A stretch of 64,000 bases of DNA, from contig JAMWBK010000001.1 of the NCBI GenBank assembly GCA_029953675.1, positions 3,224,001-3,288,000 of the forward strand, read 5' to 3'. Position 1 is the stretch's first letter. The number at the start of each line of letters is the position of its first letter. The notes under the pieces were generated by a model. That model saw nothing but the letters and a program-made list of their open reading frames with translations. It was not told where the DNA came from and did not search any database. The stretch comes from Rhodosorus marinus CCMP1338 (Eukaryota; Plantae; Rhodophyta). The position numbers were made by a program, and so were the translations under genes. Positions 38,550 to 51,247 of this stretch are shown here, one piece after another.

Positions 38550-41500
38550 AAAAACTCATTCATCTCGTAAGTTGCTTTGAATTTTTTTCATTTTTCCACT
38601 TTCGATTAAACAGAGACGGTTTAGCCGGTGATTTAGAATTGAAAAGCGGCTCTTTTTTGCGTATGAAATATATTGTTTTTTAAAGATAAGTGATATTGAG
38701 TGAGTTGGTAAAACTACTAATAGTGTACGCACGGCGGCGTGGTAGGCAGATGGATTGACTGATGCAGCGATTTGGATAGTGCAATGGGACGGGGGTTTCC
38801 TGTTGAGTGGGGTGCGGTCAGGCGAGAATATGGAGAGAGGGGTGAGTGGAATAGGTCTATTGGCTCTCCACGAGGCCGGCGGCGAAATTTTTTCACGCGA
38901 ATGGATTTTTTGTTTGTAATCACGCTTTTTGCCAGGTTTTACTTGGGTTTTCTTTCTAGCGGGAAACAGGAGGAGGAGGGGGGATAGGCGGGTATGGCAC
39001 TGATTTGGGGCCCAGGGTGAACATGCTCCTCGTCGATAAGGCAAAGAGCATTGTCATACGCTAACTCTATTGTTGAAGTAGACTCTTAAATCAGCTTTCC
39101 CACGTCGATGGAGCTTGAACCCATCCACTGTTGGAATTAGAAACGGATCCAACGTTTGTCCAAATGTCAATAGGACTATTTTTCGACCCTCGAGCGCCAG
39201 TTACGGGACTTCAATCGACCATTTTTCTTCACCGGAATGACACTGGTCCCCAAGGACTAGCTAGCACACCGCGGCAGCAAAAAAATTCTCCTACCCTCGA
39301 GAACGATTGCGTCCAATTTCTCTTCAATACGAAAGAACGTCGATTCCCAGCACCAGTAGATTTCAATCGGCCTTTGCAGTTCCAGCGGGAGCCCAAGATC
39401 CATATTCCGAAGCGGAAGGATACTTTTTCCGATTACAATGTTTGGCTGCCTGATCAGGTTTCCAGATATGGAACAAGAAAATTTCACTGACTTGCAACCT
39501 TTAAAATTGTGTGGATCGATTTTCGACGTCAATCGAACAATATGTCTCCACTTACGGATTTTGCGAGTTGATAGAATATCCACCAAAAAAAAAAGTATGG
39601 GTTTTGCTATATGATGTTACTTGGCTGGTTGCGAAACGAGATACATAAAAGTCTTCCAAAAGCCGTAATCGAAGTGAAATGCTAAGGGGAACAAGGAACC
39701 AAAAAAAAGTCCACAGGCATCGATTACGCAAACTAGAATTTAAAAGGTAGGCAAGGGCACACTCACAACGTGAATGTGAGTGGAGTAAGTAGTCAATTCG
39801 GGTCCCTTCACACGTCCGTCGAACGAGTTATCTAGTCACTTGGTATGTGAGAGGTCACCACAAGTCTCTTCGCAGCTGATCATATGGAAAACTTTGTGGA
39901 AGGGACTTAAATTGGAGGCACTCCAATAATTCTTGTAGAAGCCTCTTCACAAGAGAGAGGTGGCGCTAAACGACCAGATTTCCGAACGAAAACGTGGAGA
40001 GGGGGATGGTGCAATTGTCAACTTCCGCCAACTCCCCGAAACACAGGAGCTTGCAGCAAGCGCGGGGTGAAAAGCTGGCATCGCGCCAGGAAAACAGCTG
40101 GTGAGGCCTGATTCCGGATAACACCTTAAAGGAACCAAAAGAAGCGACGATTCCAATTGAAATTTCGAACTCTGTCCCAAAAATTATTTAGATTTTTTGG
40201 GACACGAAAAACAAAAAAGCATTGGTTTTGAGCCCGGAACTTTTCACAATGATGAAAGTATCCGCCTCTGCCCAAAATGCAAAATCACCCTCCCGCCCGT
40301 TTTGCTTTACGCTCCGGTGGGAGGCGGCGATCTGCTTCATACCGCGCTACGATTTCCACTTTTTAAGCAACGCTGCTCTGGGAAACCCTTTTTTTTGGTG
40401 GGGGGACTGCAACGAGGCGGAAAATTAGAAACACAGATGGTTTTGGGACTGAAGCATGAGGAAAATTGTTTTTACTTTTCTCTCACAAGTCGCGACCTAT
40501 TGGCGCGGCATGTGAACCTGTGGGAACCCCCCGCCAAGCTTGTGTGGGAATATGCTACATTTTTTCCGCCGATTCAGTCGGCAAACGATTTTAAACTACG
40601 AGCTTGTCTGCCCCACCCTTTGGTTCTGTCCTGCACTAAAGCCCCTGATCTTCATTCTGGCCTGCCACAATCACCGAAAGTGATTGGGGCGGGGGAATTT
40701 TCACTGGAAGAAAAGTTGAAAATAACTCTTATAGCCGTAGAAGCTTTCGGATGGGACACCCTTTCGATTGACCCGTTTTCATGCTATTGCCGTACCTCTG
40801 ATTAGCAGTAACCCCCCTTTCTTCACGAGCGTAGGAAGCAAGGGGAATTCACCAACTCAAGTCCTAGATGCGGGAGAGAGTCGAGTGGGAATCGTCCGCC
40901 TTGCTTATTCTTTAGCCAGCACAATCTACACCTTGGGGATCTTGATCAGCACGGTTTCCTGGGAAATCAGCAACAGCGCGGGCAGCATGTGAGAAATCGA
41001 CAAGCTTAGGCCTCCACTGGAAACGAGGAGCGTTGGGGACCAGAGAAGGGTAGGGAAACAGAAGAGCAAGGAAGTCGCTTGTACGAGTTCGAGGTGTCTG
41101 CTCTGCAGGCGATGAACATTGTTACGCGGTGCCCATGGGACTTTCAGCGACGCAGCCCGATCGCCTCTCCGCGATTCCCAACAACAAAAAAAAATGCGTC
41201 CCAAAAAATGCGAACGTAGCTTGCCGCGGGAGACTCGAAGGGGGGGTGTGTGTGACAAGCGTAGCACGGATTTTCTGTCTCCCTTACAGCAGCTTGCATC
41301 CGTTTGTAAAAGACCCAAAAACCCACGCAATCAGACAATCAAGCAATCTTGCGTCGCATTTAGGTAGAAGTTTCGCGGGGAAGGACTTACGCCAAAACAA
41401 CTGCGAAAAAGCAAAATCCTTCAGGAGGACATCACCAAAAAGTTCTAATTCGGAGCTCCTAGAGACTAGCCACTCTCCCGGCAAGGTTCTTTTCAGGTGA

Positions 41501-42950
41501 AGCCGGGAAAAAAGGATAGTTTGGGTGGATATCCGGAGCAAACAAAACTTTTTTCGGGTTCTCCCTCGCTTTTTGGGGTCTTTGTAGTCCATAGAGAAGT
41601 TGGGTTTTCTTAAGAAACCTCCTCTTCACGTTTTTTAACCGCTTGCTCAGGTTGCTTTGGGCGTCAAAAGATTGCGGGACCAAATTTTGTCCCACAAAAG
41701 GGGTGAAAACAGCAAAATAGAAAAAAACCCCTGTTGCAGATTGAATACGCAGAAGATCCTTTATAAAATAACCAAAAAGGCGGATAGTTTTTTGTCACTG
41801 CCGTCCGTTCCCCACCCCTAGGGCATGTGAGCAATCTTATCGCTGCTTATATGCGTGGCAGTCAAAAATCTCAAAAGACATGAAGAAAAATCAGCCCTCT
41901 TGAAACGCTATCCGCGCGAAAAAAATCTCTCAGCAATCCAACATCTTTCTTGGAGTGGGGGCAGCCGGGGGGGGGGGTAACTCACGAATGAGGGTGTCAT
42001 CCTATTCGTATTTTTAACGCCATACCTATCAGCCACCCGTCAAGAGCAACGGCAACCCAACCTGCCGAGAGGACCTTCGCACGTCTGATTCTGTTGTAAA
42101 GTTGATTAAAATCTAATTCTTTTCTAACCCCCCTCACACTTTTTCGGTTGACGAGGTTCTTGTGCACCCTTTTGTTGAAGAAAAAGTTCTTGCCCTGTTT
42201 GTTCGATAAAATGAATAAATTGGGAACAATTTGCCAGGCCAGCTGGGGTAAAAAGTTAAAATGCACCATGGACCTCAAAAACGATGACCGATTTTTTTCG
42301 GATTGGTGTGTCCCTGGGACATATGATTGAGCGAATGTTTTCATTGAAAATGGAAAGAACTTCGGCTGTAAAACCGACCGGGTTGTTTAGCCAAATCGGA
42401 GGGTTTTTGGGCAAAACAGGCGCACTCAGCGGGACAGTTGCATGCCTTTTCGAATACAAAGTTTCTCTATTTGCTAATAAAAAACTTTCGGGCTTTCGGT
42501 TTTTTGGGGGTTTGCGGACCTTTTTTCCCTTAATTTCTGTAATTTTGATTGACCGTAAGAGGCGCATGTAAATGGCCCATTTCTTCAAAGAAAGCAATGC
42601 CATGATCATGAATCGAAGGGAAGCGCTAGATGGAAGGGGTGAAAAACATACTCTCCAATACTGCAAAAAGGGAGTTTTTACCAATGAAACAGCCTCAACA
42701 TAATTTCGCATTGTCCCCCCGGCTCGCCAATACTGGAGCACACTTTTTTTTGTCCCATATGGTGTGGGCGTGGATATATGCTCCAACACCCCTTCTTGAG
42801 TGCGGGGGGATATATATATATGTAGGATCTGAAACGAGAAGCTTTGCGAAAGCGCCATTTTTCTGTATAGGTATTGCCTTGGATGTTTCCTGGCGTTTGG
42901 GTTTGTTCGTCATTCTGGAGTCTGTCGGTGAGAGCCATCTTAAGGGTACC
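38550..42950. other. Homopolymer-rich block with broken, coding-like fragments (decayed gene(s)/repeat or unpolished assembly)
   Basis: Many 6-11 nt A/T/G runs; partial ORFs (39131-39490, 40197-40805) with no recognisable family; G-rich leader-like segment at 38700-39000. Confidence 0.45.
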
Positions 42951-42983
42951 TTTTGTTCAGGGAGGCTTGTTCGGCACAGAAAA

Positions 42984-43808
42984 ATGATGGCAACGGTGGA
43001 CGAGACGTGTATCCTGCTGGCGAATGAAACTCTTGAGCTGCCGGAGAATAGAGTTCCTGTTCTTCCGCACGTTAAGATTCCCAGCGGTCCTGCGGAGGAG
43101 ATCCCTTCGCTCCTGAGCTCGAATTCGTACAACAACTTGAGGGAGAAGGCCGAGGCCCATTTGATCGTTGACTACTTTGAGGATGTACAGCTTGACTTTT
43201 CGAGGAAGACTCGTGAGGACGTAGTGTCCTGGCTCGTCGACACTGGACTCTCGCTCTCGCTAGGAAGCCACACAATCGCGATGGCGGTTAGCTGTTTTGA
43301 TCGATTCCTCGCAGTCCGGCGAATTGGAAAGGAATCCGTCGCGGAAGTGGCAGCGGCATGCCTGTGGATTTCGACGAAGCTCTATGATGGTGTTCCTCCA
43401 CTGTCCTATCTCTCTTTGCTGACAGGATCAAAGGATGAGAATATTGTCAGCATGGAAGAAGCGATCCTGAGAGAGCTTCAATGGCAAGTGAGCAGCGTGC
43501 CGGCTGAAGAGTTTGTACCGTTCATGAGGAGTCGCATGTCACGGCTTGGTTTCGAGGTGGACGACAAGATCCTAGAGATGCTGCTAGACGTTTCCCTTCT
43601 ATCCTTTGACGTTGTAAGGAGAAGTGCTTGCATTGTTGCAGCTGCGTGTGTATTGTTGGGGAGCGAAATCCAGTATCCCGAGATGAATTGCTCAATGCGG
43701 TCGAAGATGTTCGCGGAGATTTTGGACCTTGACCACTCGGAGCTGATTGAAGTGAAAACGGTTCTCCACGCTTCGTTCCAAACCTTCATCATCGCCAGCC
43801 GTAAATGA
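42984..43808 (+). CDS. Cyclin, D-type/G1-like, intronless
   Basis: Cyclin box REDVVSWL...AMAVSCFDRFL...AAACLWISTKL...MEEAILRELQWQV. The likely start is MMATVDE at 42984; the track's in-frame extension from 42630 lies in homopolymer-rich sequence. Confidence 0.88.
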   Translation: MMATVDETCILLANETLELPENRVPVLPHVKIPSGPAEEIPSLLSSNSYNNLREKAEAHLIVDYFEDVQLDFSRKTREDVVSWLVDTGLSLSLGSHTIAMAVSCFDRFLAVRRIGKESVAEVAAACLWISTKLYDGVPPLSYLSLLTGSKDENIVSMEEAILRELQWQVSSVPAEEFVPFMRSRMSRLGFEVDDKILEMLLDVSLLSFDVVRRSACIVAAACVLLGSEIQYPEMNCSMRSKMFAEILDLDHSELIEVKTVLHASFQTFIIASRK

Positions 43809-45638
43809 GGCGGGGAAAAAGATAGTGCCAAACGCGAAGGCCTCTAGCTCATCTCGTTGCAACGTTTTTCATGATTAGACAGTTTTTCTTTTTTGTCCCA
43901 AAGCTTTTTCTGGGTATGTATTGTAAATTTATTAAAATTATTCTTCGAAGTATATCTGTCCCGCTCCTGGCTAGAACAAAGAACCCGGCTAAAGTATCTG
44001 CCTTACCACAAAACTGCCAGTCAGTTTTTGCTTTTTCTCACTTAGTTCTCCACCGTACCTATCAAAATCAACCAATCCTGAAAGGGGGGCAGTTGAAATT
44101 CGTCAAAAATAATTAGAGGGTCAGTGTGGCGTCCAAAAGAGTCCTACCTAATCAGTACTTTGCTGCTTTCCAAACCGAAAAAGACCAAAAACAAAAAAAT
44201 TATCATGCAAAATCCAGGGAGACGTTTCTGTCCCGTCCCAATTTCTAGTCGCGATCCGTTCAGCTAACCTGTACATTCATCGAAGGCTCACCCTGGACTC
44301 GTTGAAATACCGCAAAAAATGTGGAGTACAGGTTCACCTTCAAAAATTACGGTCGTGCCGCCCCACATAATTTCACGGGGTTCTGCACATTTCCCACAAT
44401 GATTTCTCTTTGAAACACAAATCCTTTGACCATTCACATTATGTTTTTTTGGGTCATGCCCAGGAAACATGACGAATAGGAGGGTGAAACGAGGGGTTCC
44501 TATCAACGCGGTAAATAGTCCCCTCATCTAAGTGTGTACAGAAAGCACAAGGCAGATCTATTTCTTAACGTAGGTTTTTGCTACCACCAGCACACACAAT
44601 ATTCCTGCGGACGAATAGAGATGAGACCGAACCAAGTTTTTCTAAATATTTTCAGGAAGAATCTGCAGTTTGCAAAATATCTTCAGATGTCCCATCTTCT
44701 CGATGCGCATAATTTAAATATTAAAAAACATTGTTGTCCTTTGACGATCCAAGTTTAGATTTACACTACTACTCATATCCGGATATAATCAAAATCGTCC
44801 CAACGGATTTTTCCCCGGTAATGCCGAAAGATTCTTTAATGATTCCTTACACGCAGCGCTGGGACAGGAAGAAAGATGGGAGAGACGTCTCGATAAGATT
44901 TAGCTCGAGTATGTGGAGGTACGCAGATCACCACCGCACCCAGTAGATAATCTTTTCACACTGGGGCTACCACGGGGTCGTAAAAAAAGCGTATGGTAGA
45001 TGACTGCAGTCGGGGTTTTCGACGAATGGAAATAGAATTTCCGTGGTTTTCTTCACAGCTTGAGAAAACAAGGACTGATCCGTCCTGTCCTAATATCTTT
45101 TGGGACGGACCACTTCTATCAGTACCCCTCATTTTCAAATTATTGAAGAGTCCAATATTAATTTGGGGGAATTGAGTTGAAGCGCTCATCCAACCATGAC
45201 TTTTTTTTTTTTTTCCTATGGTTGGAATAGGATTGATTTCGAGTCTTCAGTTTTGGGACGCTATTGAAACAAAATATACCCTAGTCCGCAGAGAAGTTTT
45301 GTGAGGCTGGTAAGTCACGAGTTTGTTAAATCAATCAATGCTATCCGCTACGGGTGGCTGTGGTTTGAGTCAAGCAACTTCCCGACTAATGGTTTTCGTG
45401 ATTTGCACGGAATAGATCGGCATCGAAAACATATCCATGAAACATACTTTTTTAGCATGTCGGAGTATGTCCCAAGGCAAGCATAAACGTGTTTCTCTTA
45501 CGGACACATCTCGCTGTCAGAGCTGGCTGTATTCGGAATTTTGCTTGATCTCTGTGCTGACTGATAATGAAATTCGCTTTCGATGGGGAGATGAAATGGT
45601 GATTTTGTCAGAGTGGTTTTCGGTTCAAGTTTCCAGTC

Positions 45639-46339
45639 TTGTGGGGAGGGAAACTGTTTGCCCAAAGCGACTGCAACATTTTAGCTCTCTCAGCAAGAGA
45701 GCTGAGTCAGGGAGAGCTCGCGTTCGCTACCTTCCTAAAACATTGTTGGCAGCTATGGAATGTTGAAGTCTGCCTCAGTCATCACCCGGGTGGGAAAACG
45801 GGGATGACCACGGGAGACCGACCTTTCACACATCATCCGTTGCCGGGTTTGCTAGTCCGAAATGTCAAGATTGCGTACGGAAAAAAAGATAAATACAATG
45901 GTAGTATGTCAGTGATTACTAGTACGTTCACGAAAATTTCTCAACTTGGAGACAGGTCACCTGATTAAAAGATTGACCTGTACTAACCGACATTCTGCAT
46001 TTGCACTAGAAGTGATTGGCAGTTTTGACTTTTCCCCTAAGCATTCTGGTAGTAAGCCAGACTTACTGCCTGGCCAAAATGTTTAGATTCTTCAGTACTC
46101 AAACGTCCCAGTGGGGAAGAAACCGAAGTGCACGGAGTGTTCCCCGGGCTGCCAGCACTCAAGATCGTGTAGAGTTTTCTCTTCCTACTCGTTCTTTCTG
46201 ACTTGCGGACGAGAAATCCGCCCTCCGCAAACATTCTTGCTATTCGATCAAAGGTCTTGCCCTAAGCGGTGGGCTGGGGCGGGACAATATCAAAATCGTC
46301 TTTCACTGGCACTCTCAATCCCACTCCGACATTAACTGA
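45639..46339 (+). pseudogene. Copy A of an unrecognised tandem paralog pair (frameshifted)
   Basis: Encodes THHPLPG (45828-45848), VKIAYG, FSSYSFFL and RDNIKIV...HSDIN*. Has an intron at 45901-46009 with a TACTAAC branch point (45981). The 5' limit is uncertain, and frameshifts may be sequencing errors. Confidence 0.55.
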
Positions 46340-47022
46340 TTGAGCATGTGTCATACCTGGTTATCTCGCACGGAACGAAGATGCCCTTCAAGACACGTTA
46401 GCCATGTGTACGATCTTTGATGTTTTTAATCGCGACAACGAGGGCCAACATTTAAGTGAAAACGTAAAAGGCCACACAGTCCATTTCCTTTTAAAAAAGC
46501 GGTGTCTTCCAAATATCAGATTTTACACTTAAAATAATAACGACATATCACCTATCGTCCAATTAGTGCGCTCTAGGGTGTTCATTCCCGCTCGAGTTGG
46601 GACGCCTGACAATTACAATTTCGTTCCCCTGTATTTCGTTCCAACATCCAACAGGCTTCAATAGCAAACAGCTGGATACATCCGCAAAATCAGAGACAGG
46701 ATTCTAACCCAGACCAATGTCGATCTGCAATTGGGACTATTTGAAAAATGACCACCAAGATCTGAGCAATATTGCTTCTAAATAGACTTATTCAAGATCA
46801 GTTGGTACGTAGTTTCAAACTGATAGTGGGTGTATCGAGCTGGCTGGCGAGAAGGGAACCTCGCAAATGAATGTTTATTCAGAGTCGGAAAACAAGAACC
46901 GCGGGGAAACAGAGACTACCGGAGGAGAAGATCACGCTCCAACTTAATCAATAGGATGTCCTCGGCTGAAGGGTGTTATCCTTGCGCGGGGGCCTTGCTA
47001 AACCGCAGAGTAGCGAAACCAG

Positions 47023-47521
47023 TTGAAGTTTTTTCCACTATGGACGCATCATCCTCTACCTGGCAGTGACTTCTTGGGATTGTTCTTGGGGTCGCTACTA
47101 AGGCTTTTTGGACAACACGCGTGTCGAAGATTTGTCTACGGCACATATCGTCAAAGGTGCCGTTCAGATTTCCTCCTCCCAAGAGGTGTAAACCTCGTCA
47201 ACAACACGGAAGTCCAAGACCACGGCTCATTTAAGACTACATTCTGTACCGGTCAAAAATAAATTCTGATCTTAGTTCATCAGTTCCCACGAAGCTACAA
47301 CGGCGAAGAAATAGCGACGTGCAGAGAGTCTCCCTGCTCTGTCAGCGCTCAAAATCCTAAAGATTTCTTTTCCTATACCGCGTTTCTCGACATGCGGCAT
47401 AAACAACCCCGTCCGGAAACCTCCTTCCTCCCATAGCAAAGGCACTGTCCCAACAGGGACAATATCAAAATCCTCCTCAAATACTCTTTTTTTTTCACCT
47501 CACTCCGATATAAAAGGCTAA
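47023..47521 (+). pseudogene. Copy B of the same unrecognised paralog pair (frameshifted)
   Basis: Encodes THHPLPG (47044-47064), V(K)I(V)YG, FFSYTAFLDMR and RDNIKIL...HSDIKG*. Shares the exact 17-mer GGGACAATATCAAAATC with copy A (46281 vs 47456). Confidence 0.55.
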
Positions 47522-48492
47522 AAAGAATCCCTTCGATCTGGCAACTTGCCGTTTGGCTTATGAGCCAATCAGATGACGTGCTAAAAACCGGACTAGTGGA
47601 GATTCAAGTTCTCATTTTGATAGTTTCGATACACGCTTCGACTTCAACAATCAAATTCATTTTGGCAATCATTTTTGAGTAAAACTTGACTGAATTTCAT
47701 TGGGTAGGTTCTAGTCGAAGGTCAATGTGAAGTTTTCGATGACAGCTGTTAGGGGCTATGGCCAGAGCAGCGATGTGGCCCGGAGACCTTGTGACAAGAG
47801 CAGTCTATGGATCTTCCTGGATCTAATCAGCGTACGTTAAACCAGCGAGACGAAGTAAGGAATTCCCGTTTGCGGATGTTCTCTGGTACTGCCCATCCCT
47901 CAATGGGGTCATTTTCGGCTTGGTGTCCGGGAGGGCCCTCTCGCTGTCTGAAAGTTATGGTCCAGAAGTTGTGGAGTCTTTGCTGGATTTGAAGATCCAT
48001 CGCTCATAGATGACGTGATCAATTTGCTCAGTCATGCGTACATCAGTGAGCAGGGAATGCCATGGTATCGCTCATTTTTGACGGTGAACATCGCACCGAC
48101 AGGGGATTCCTGTCGAGCAACCTAAAAGAGTAGTCTACGGACAAAGGTCGATGAACCCGAATGCCTCAGAGACTACTGTCCAAAGCACTTGGCCAGGTCC
48201 GCGTTGGGCAAGCACCGCTCCGTCCAGTTTCCTCTCATGTTACTAAGCCGTTGTACCCCTGGACCTCCGCCGGTCTTCATGTCTTTGCATGGCGTGCTTT
48301 GGTCATGCCTGAGATGAGAACCGCGATCTATTTCGTACACGGGTGTGAGCCACCAGACAATCCAGAGGATACACGTTAAAGACTTTGGATAGTTCTTTAA
48401 AAGACGTCCTTTTGAAGTTCTCCTCAAGGGCTACAGGTTGCGTGAGGTTAGAAGATAGATATACAACCCTTCCAAACAAGCTATCATACACA

Positions 48493-49960
48493 CTAGTAGT
48501 CTACAAAAACATCCGTATCACCCTCGCCTTCTCTTACGATCGTTGGTGGGCTTGTCCCAAGGTCAACAACAGTTGATAATCGCCATGGTCGCTCCCCGTG
48601 ATCTACGACAAAATCAACCTAACGTACCACACAACAACCGAAGGGCAGAAAAGACTTGAATGGGGTTGTCGACGTGGACACCAACATCAAGCCACTGATT
48701 CCAATCACCGGCCTTCTGCACTGGGGCCAAACCTTACCTCATTACACCAATTCTCTCCAATATCAAAGGCGTTACAAGCGAGGGTCATCGAATCATCCAG
48801 CAATGGAACTCTGTTCAGCGAGCAAGAGGAACACGGAAAAGCCTCATCTCATCAGCCTTGACGAACTCCAGTTTTTCTGAGAAGTCTCGACAAACACAAG
48901 CGACTGCTTACCCGGAGATCAGCAACGGTTCATCCACACGTTCAAGCACAGCTTGAGCATACGGATCCTGTTTCGTTGGCAAAGTCGACCAGAACATGCT
49001 TCAGCTCAAAGGAACGGTTAAGAGAGTCTTTTGGAGAGAGAAAACGAGAGTTCTGCTCCTGAGAATATTACTTACATCTGGTATCCGCACTCCGATCTCT
49101 TTTCTCTTCCATGACTTTCGATGCGACTACGATGAAAATGGAGAGCAAAGTAGGAAGGACTTCAGAACGGGATACTAGGTCGAAGAACGGCCAGTTGGTT
49201 GCCTATCAAAGAAGCAACTGGTTCCGTCCGCCAAGAATTTTGGTACCTAGCAACATACCTTGTGCTCCATAACCATTCGTGGAACTTGTGAGCTGGCGGG
49301 TAGAATGTACGTGTACGGCCCTGGCAGGGTACTCTTAAGCAACTGTGAGAAGATACGGTGGAGAATGTTCAGAGCTGTTGCCCTCGGAAGAAGGCTCTGC
49401 CCTTCTCGCTAGAGTGGAGTTCGACGTGCTGTTTACCTTGAACAGCCGACGGTCCATGCTGTGCACATAGGTTTGTACCATAGCCAAATCTCTACACAAC
49501 AGGCTTAGCGGTTTCTTCACGGGTCCGCCATCAGTCTTCTTGAGTGAGTATAGTCTGTTGATTCCATCTCTGCTGCTGAGCGCACACACAAATGCATAGC
49601 ACGTATCGGTTGGTATTACGCCTGAAATCCCAGCAACGAAACCGCTAGTATTTAGCTAGGATATTCTTCGATAGAATTTCATACCCAGCGGAGGTGGTTG
49701 TGTTTTTGCCCTCAGATCTCACCAACGCCTCCCTGCTTTAATATCTGAACAGCAGAGTCAATCTTGTATGCGTCGTACTGAGGATCCTCTACCTGGATGT
49801 AGTCAATCTCCGTTCGCGACTTTCCCTTCATGCCGCTCCTCCTCGCGCTCTTCATCTTCATAGAAATTGCACTCCTGCTCGGACTCATACACGTCCTCAC
49901 ATCTCGAGCTCTCCGCACCTGCACTGCACTCAAACTCACTCCAAAGCAGAGTCTCTCCAT
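48493..49960 (-). CDS. Sua5/YciO/YrdC-family protein (YciO-like), probable organelle targeting peptide, multi-exon
   Basis: Spliced VIPTDTCYA, KKPLSLLC, LPGPYTYIL, EIGVRIPDDPYAQAVL and VDFVVDHG..LSTVVDL..PPTIVREGEGD motifs. Start MERLCFGVSLS at 49960; stop at 48493-48495. Confidence 0.85.
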
Positions 49961-50739
49961 CCTTCCTCTTATTCTCCCCTCAATACCCCACAGAAACTGC
50001 AGCGAAGATCCACTCCTCCAACTAAACAAAGACCACAAAAGACCCAAACCAAGCCATTACTGCCACCAGATTCCGTTCCCCCAATTACAAAAACACCACA
50101 ACAGAACTACTCAGACAAAACTCTTCTCCTATAACACTCTGAACTTATAACAGTCCTTCATCCATCGTAGAACTTCAGCAACAGTAAACTTCAAGTTCCA
50201 GTCATTAATCTCCCTCACTTCCTTCATCACCCCCAAACCCGCTTTCCGACGAATGTTGCAACTAATATGTAGACAATATCGCTGGGACCACGCTCGGTGA
50301 AAGCAATCTCCATACCTCAACTGCTTTCAGGTAAAAATCTCGCCCGCCTCAAAAATACCTCATTTTTGACGCCTTGGGGTGGGAATTCCTCGCCGCGGCA
50401 AGGTCTGTCGTCAGCTTGTGGGATTGCTTTCATGACGTCTCCCAATCGACTTTCACGACATCTTCTGGACACGCGGTTAGTCCTTTGGCGTAGTGATATA
50501 GCGCTATTCGTTGAAGTGCATGGTCAACGTCCGTGTCGGTGGTTTTCTATTTGAAGTTAAGACTCCGCATTGGTCAAGAATTGTCTTCCTCTTGGCGGTT
50601 TTAGATGAGGTTTTTTTAAGCTGCCAAATCGAAATATGTGGGTTTGAAATCAGCTCTAAGGTTTACTTCTTTTCTGAGTAATTCTGCTTTGAGCCTGACC
50701 GCTTCTGGCGGTTCGCATTGAGACATTGGCTACCTTAAG

Positions 50740-50778
50740 TCTCAGTGAGATGGGCGTTTTGGCCCATCTCACTAGAGA
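50740..50778. repeat. Intergenic inverted repeat (12-bp perfect stem, 16 bp with one bulge)
   Basis: 50744-50755 AGTGAGATGGGC / loop GTTTTG / 50762-50773 GCCCATCTCACT, with flanking TCTC/GAGA. Confidence 0.85.
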
Positions 50779-51247
50779 GTCGCAGAAGGCACGGTTGACC
50801 TTCGAAGCTATGGATTAGTAGCTCACTCGCAGGATTTGGCTATTTTGTGATGGTCTCCAATTCGTAGCTGACCTTTCCTGTCTGACGTTTGGAAACTGGT
50901 TGGCCTGCTTGCACTATCCTGCATCTTTCTGACAGGATCAGCGGCACAGCTCGTGTGGGCGCAATTTCCTGAAATTTGATGATGATGATGACTGCAGCTA
51001 GTTTACTTTACCTTTGACGATGACTTATGCTGCAGAGGTCCCAAGCGCCGTATGAGGCGCCAACGTCCTCTGCCGGTTGGATCCTTGTCTCTCTGACTAG
51101 TGAGCGATAGTGGAGCAGAATTGTCCTTACGACAACGGCCACTCTCTCCTTTACACCTCTCATCTCCTTTTCTGATGAACTGAACGGATTCGTGGGTCTC
51201 AGAACCCGACTAAACAAGAAACGGACTGGGTGCACCATCTGATGAGA

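Noticed and set aside
42630-42983. 118-aa N-terminal extension of the cyclin ORF
   Set aside because: Lies in homopolymer-rich sequence with no protein-like character; MMATVDE at 42984 is the more plausible start.
44940-45010. HWGYHGVVKKAYGR resembling a Gypsy integrase zinc-binding segment
   Set aside because: Too short; no RT, RNase H or DDE motifs, LTRs or PBS found nearby.
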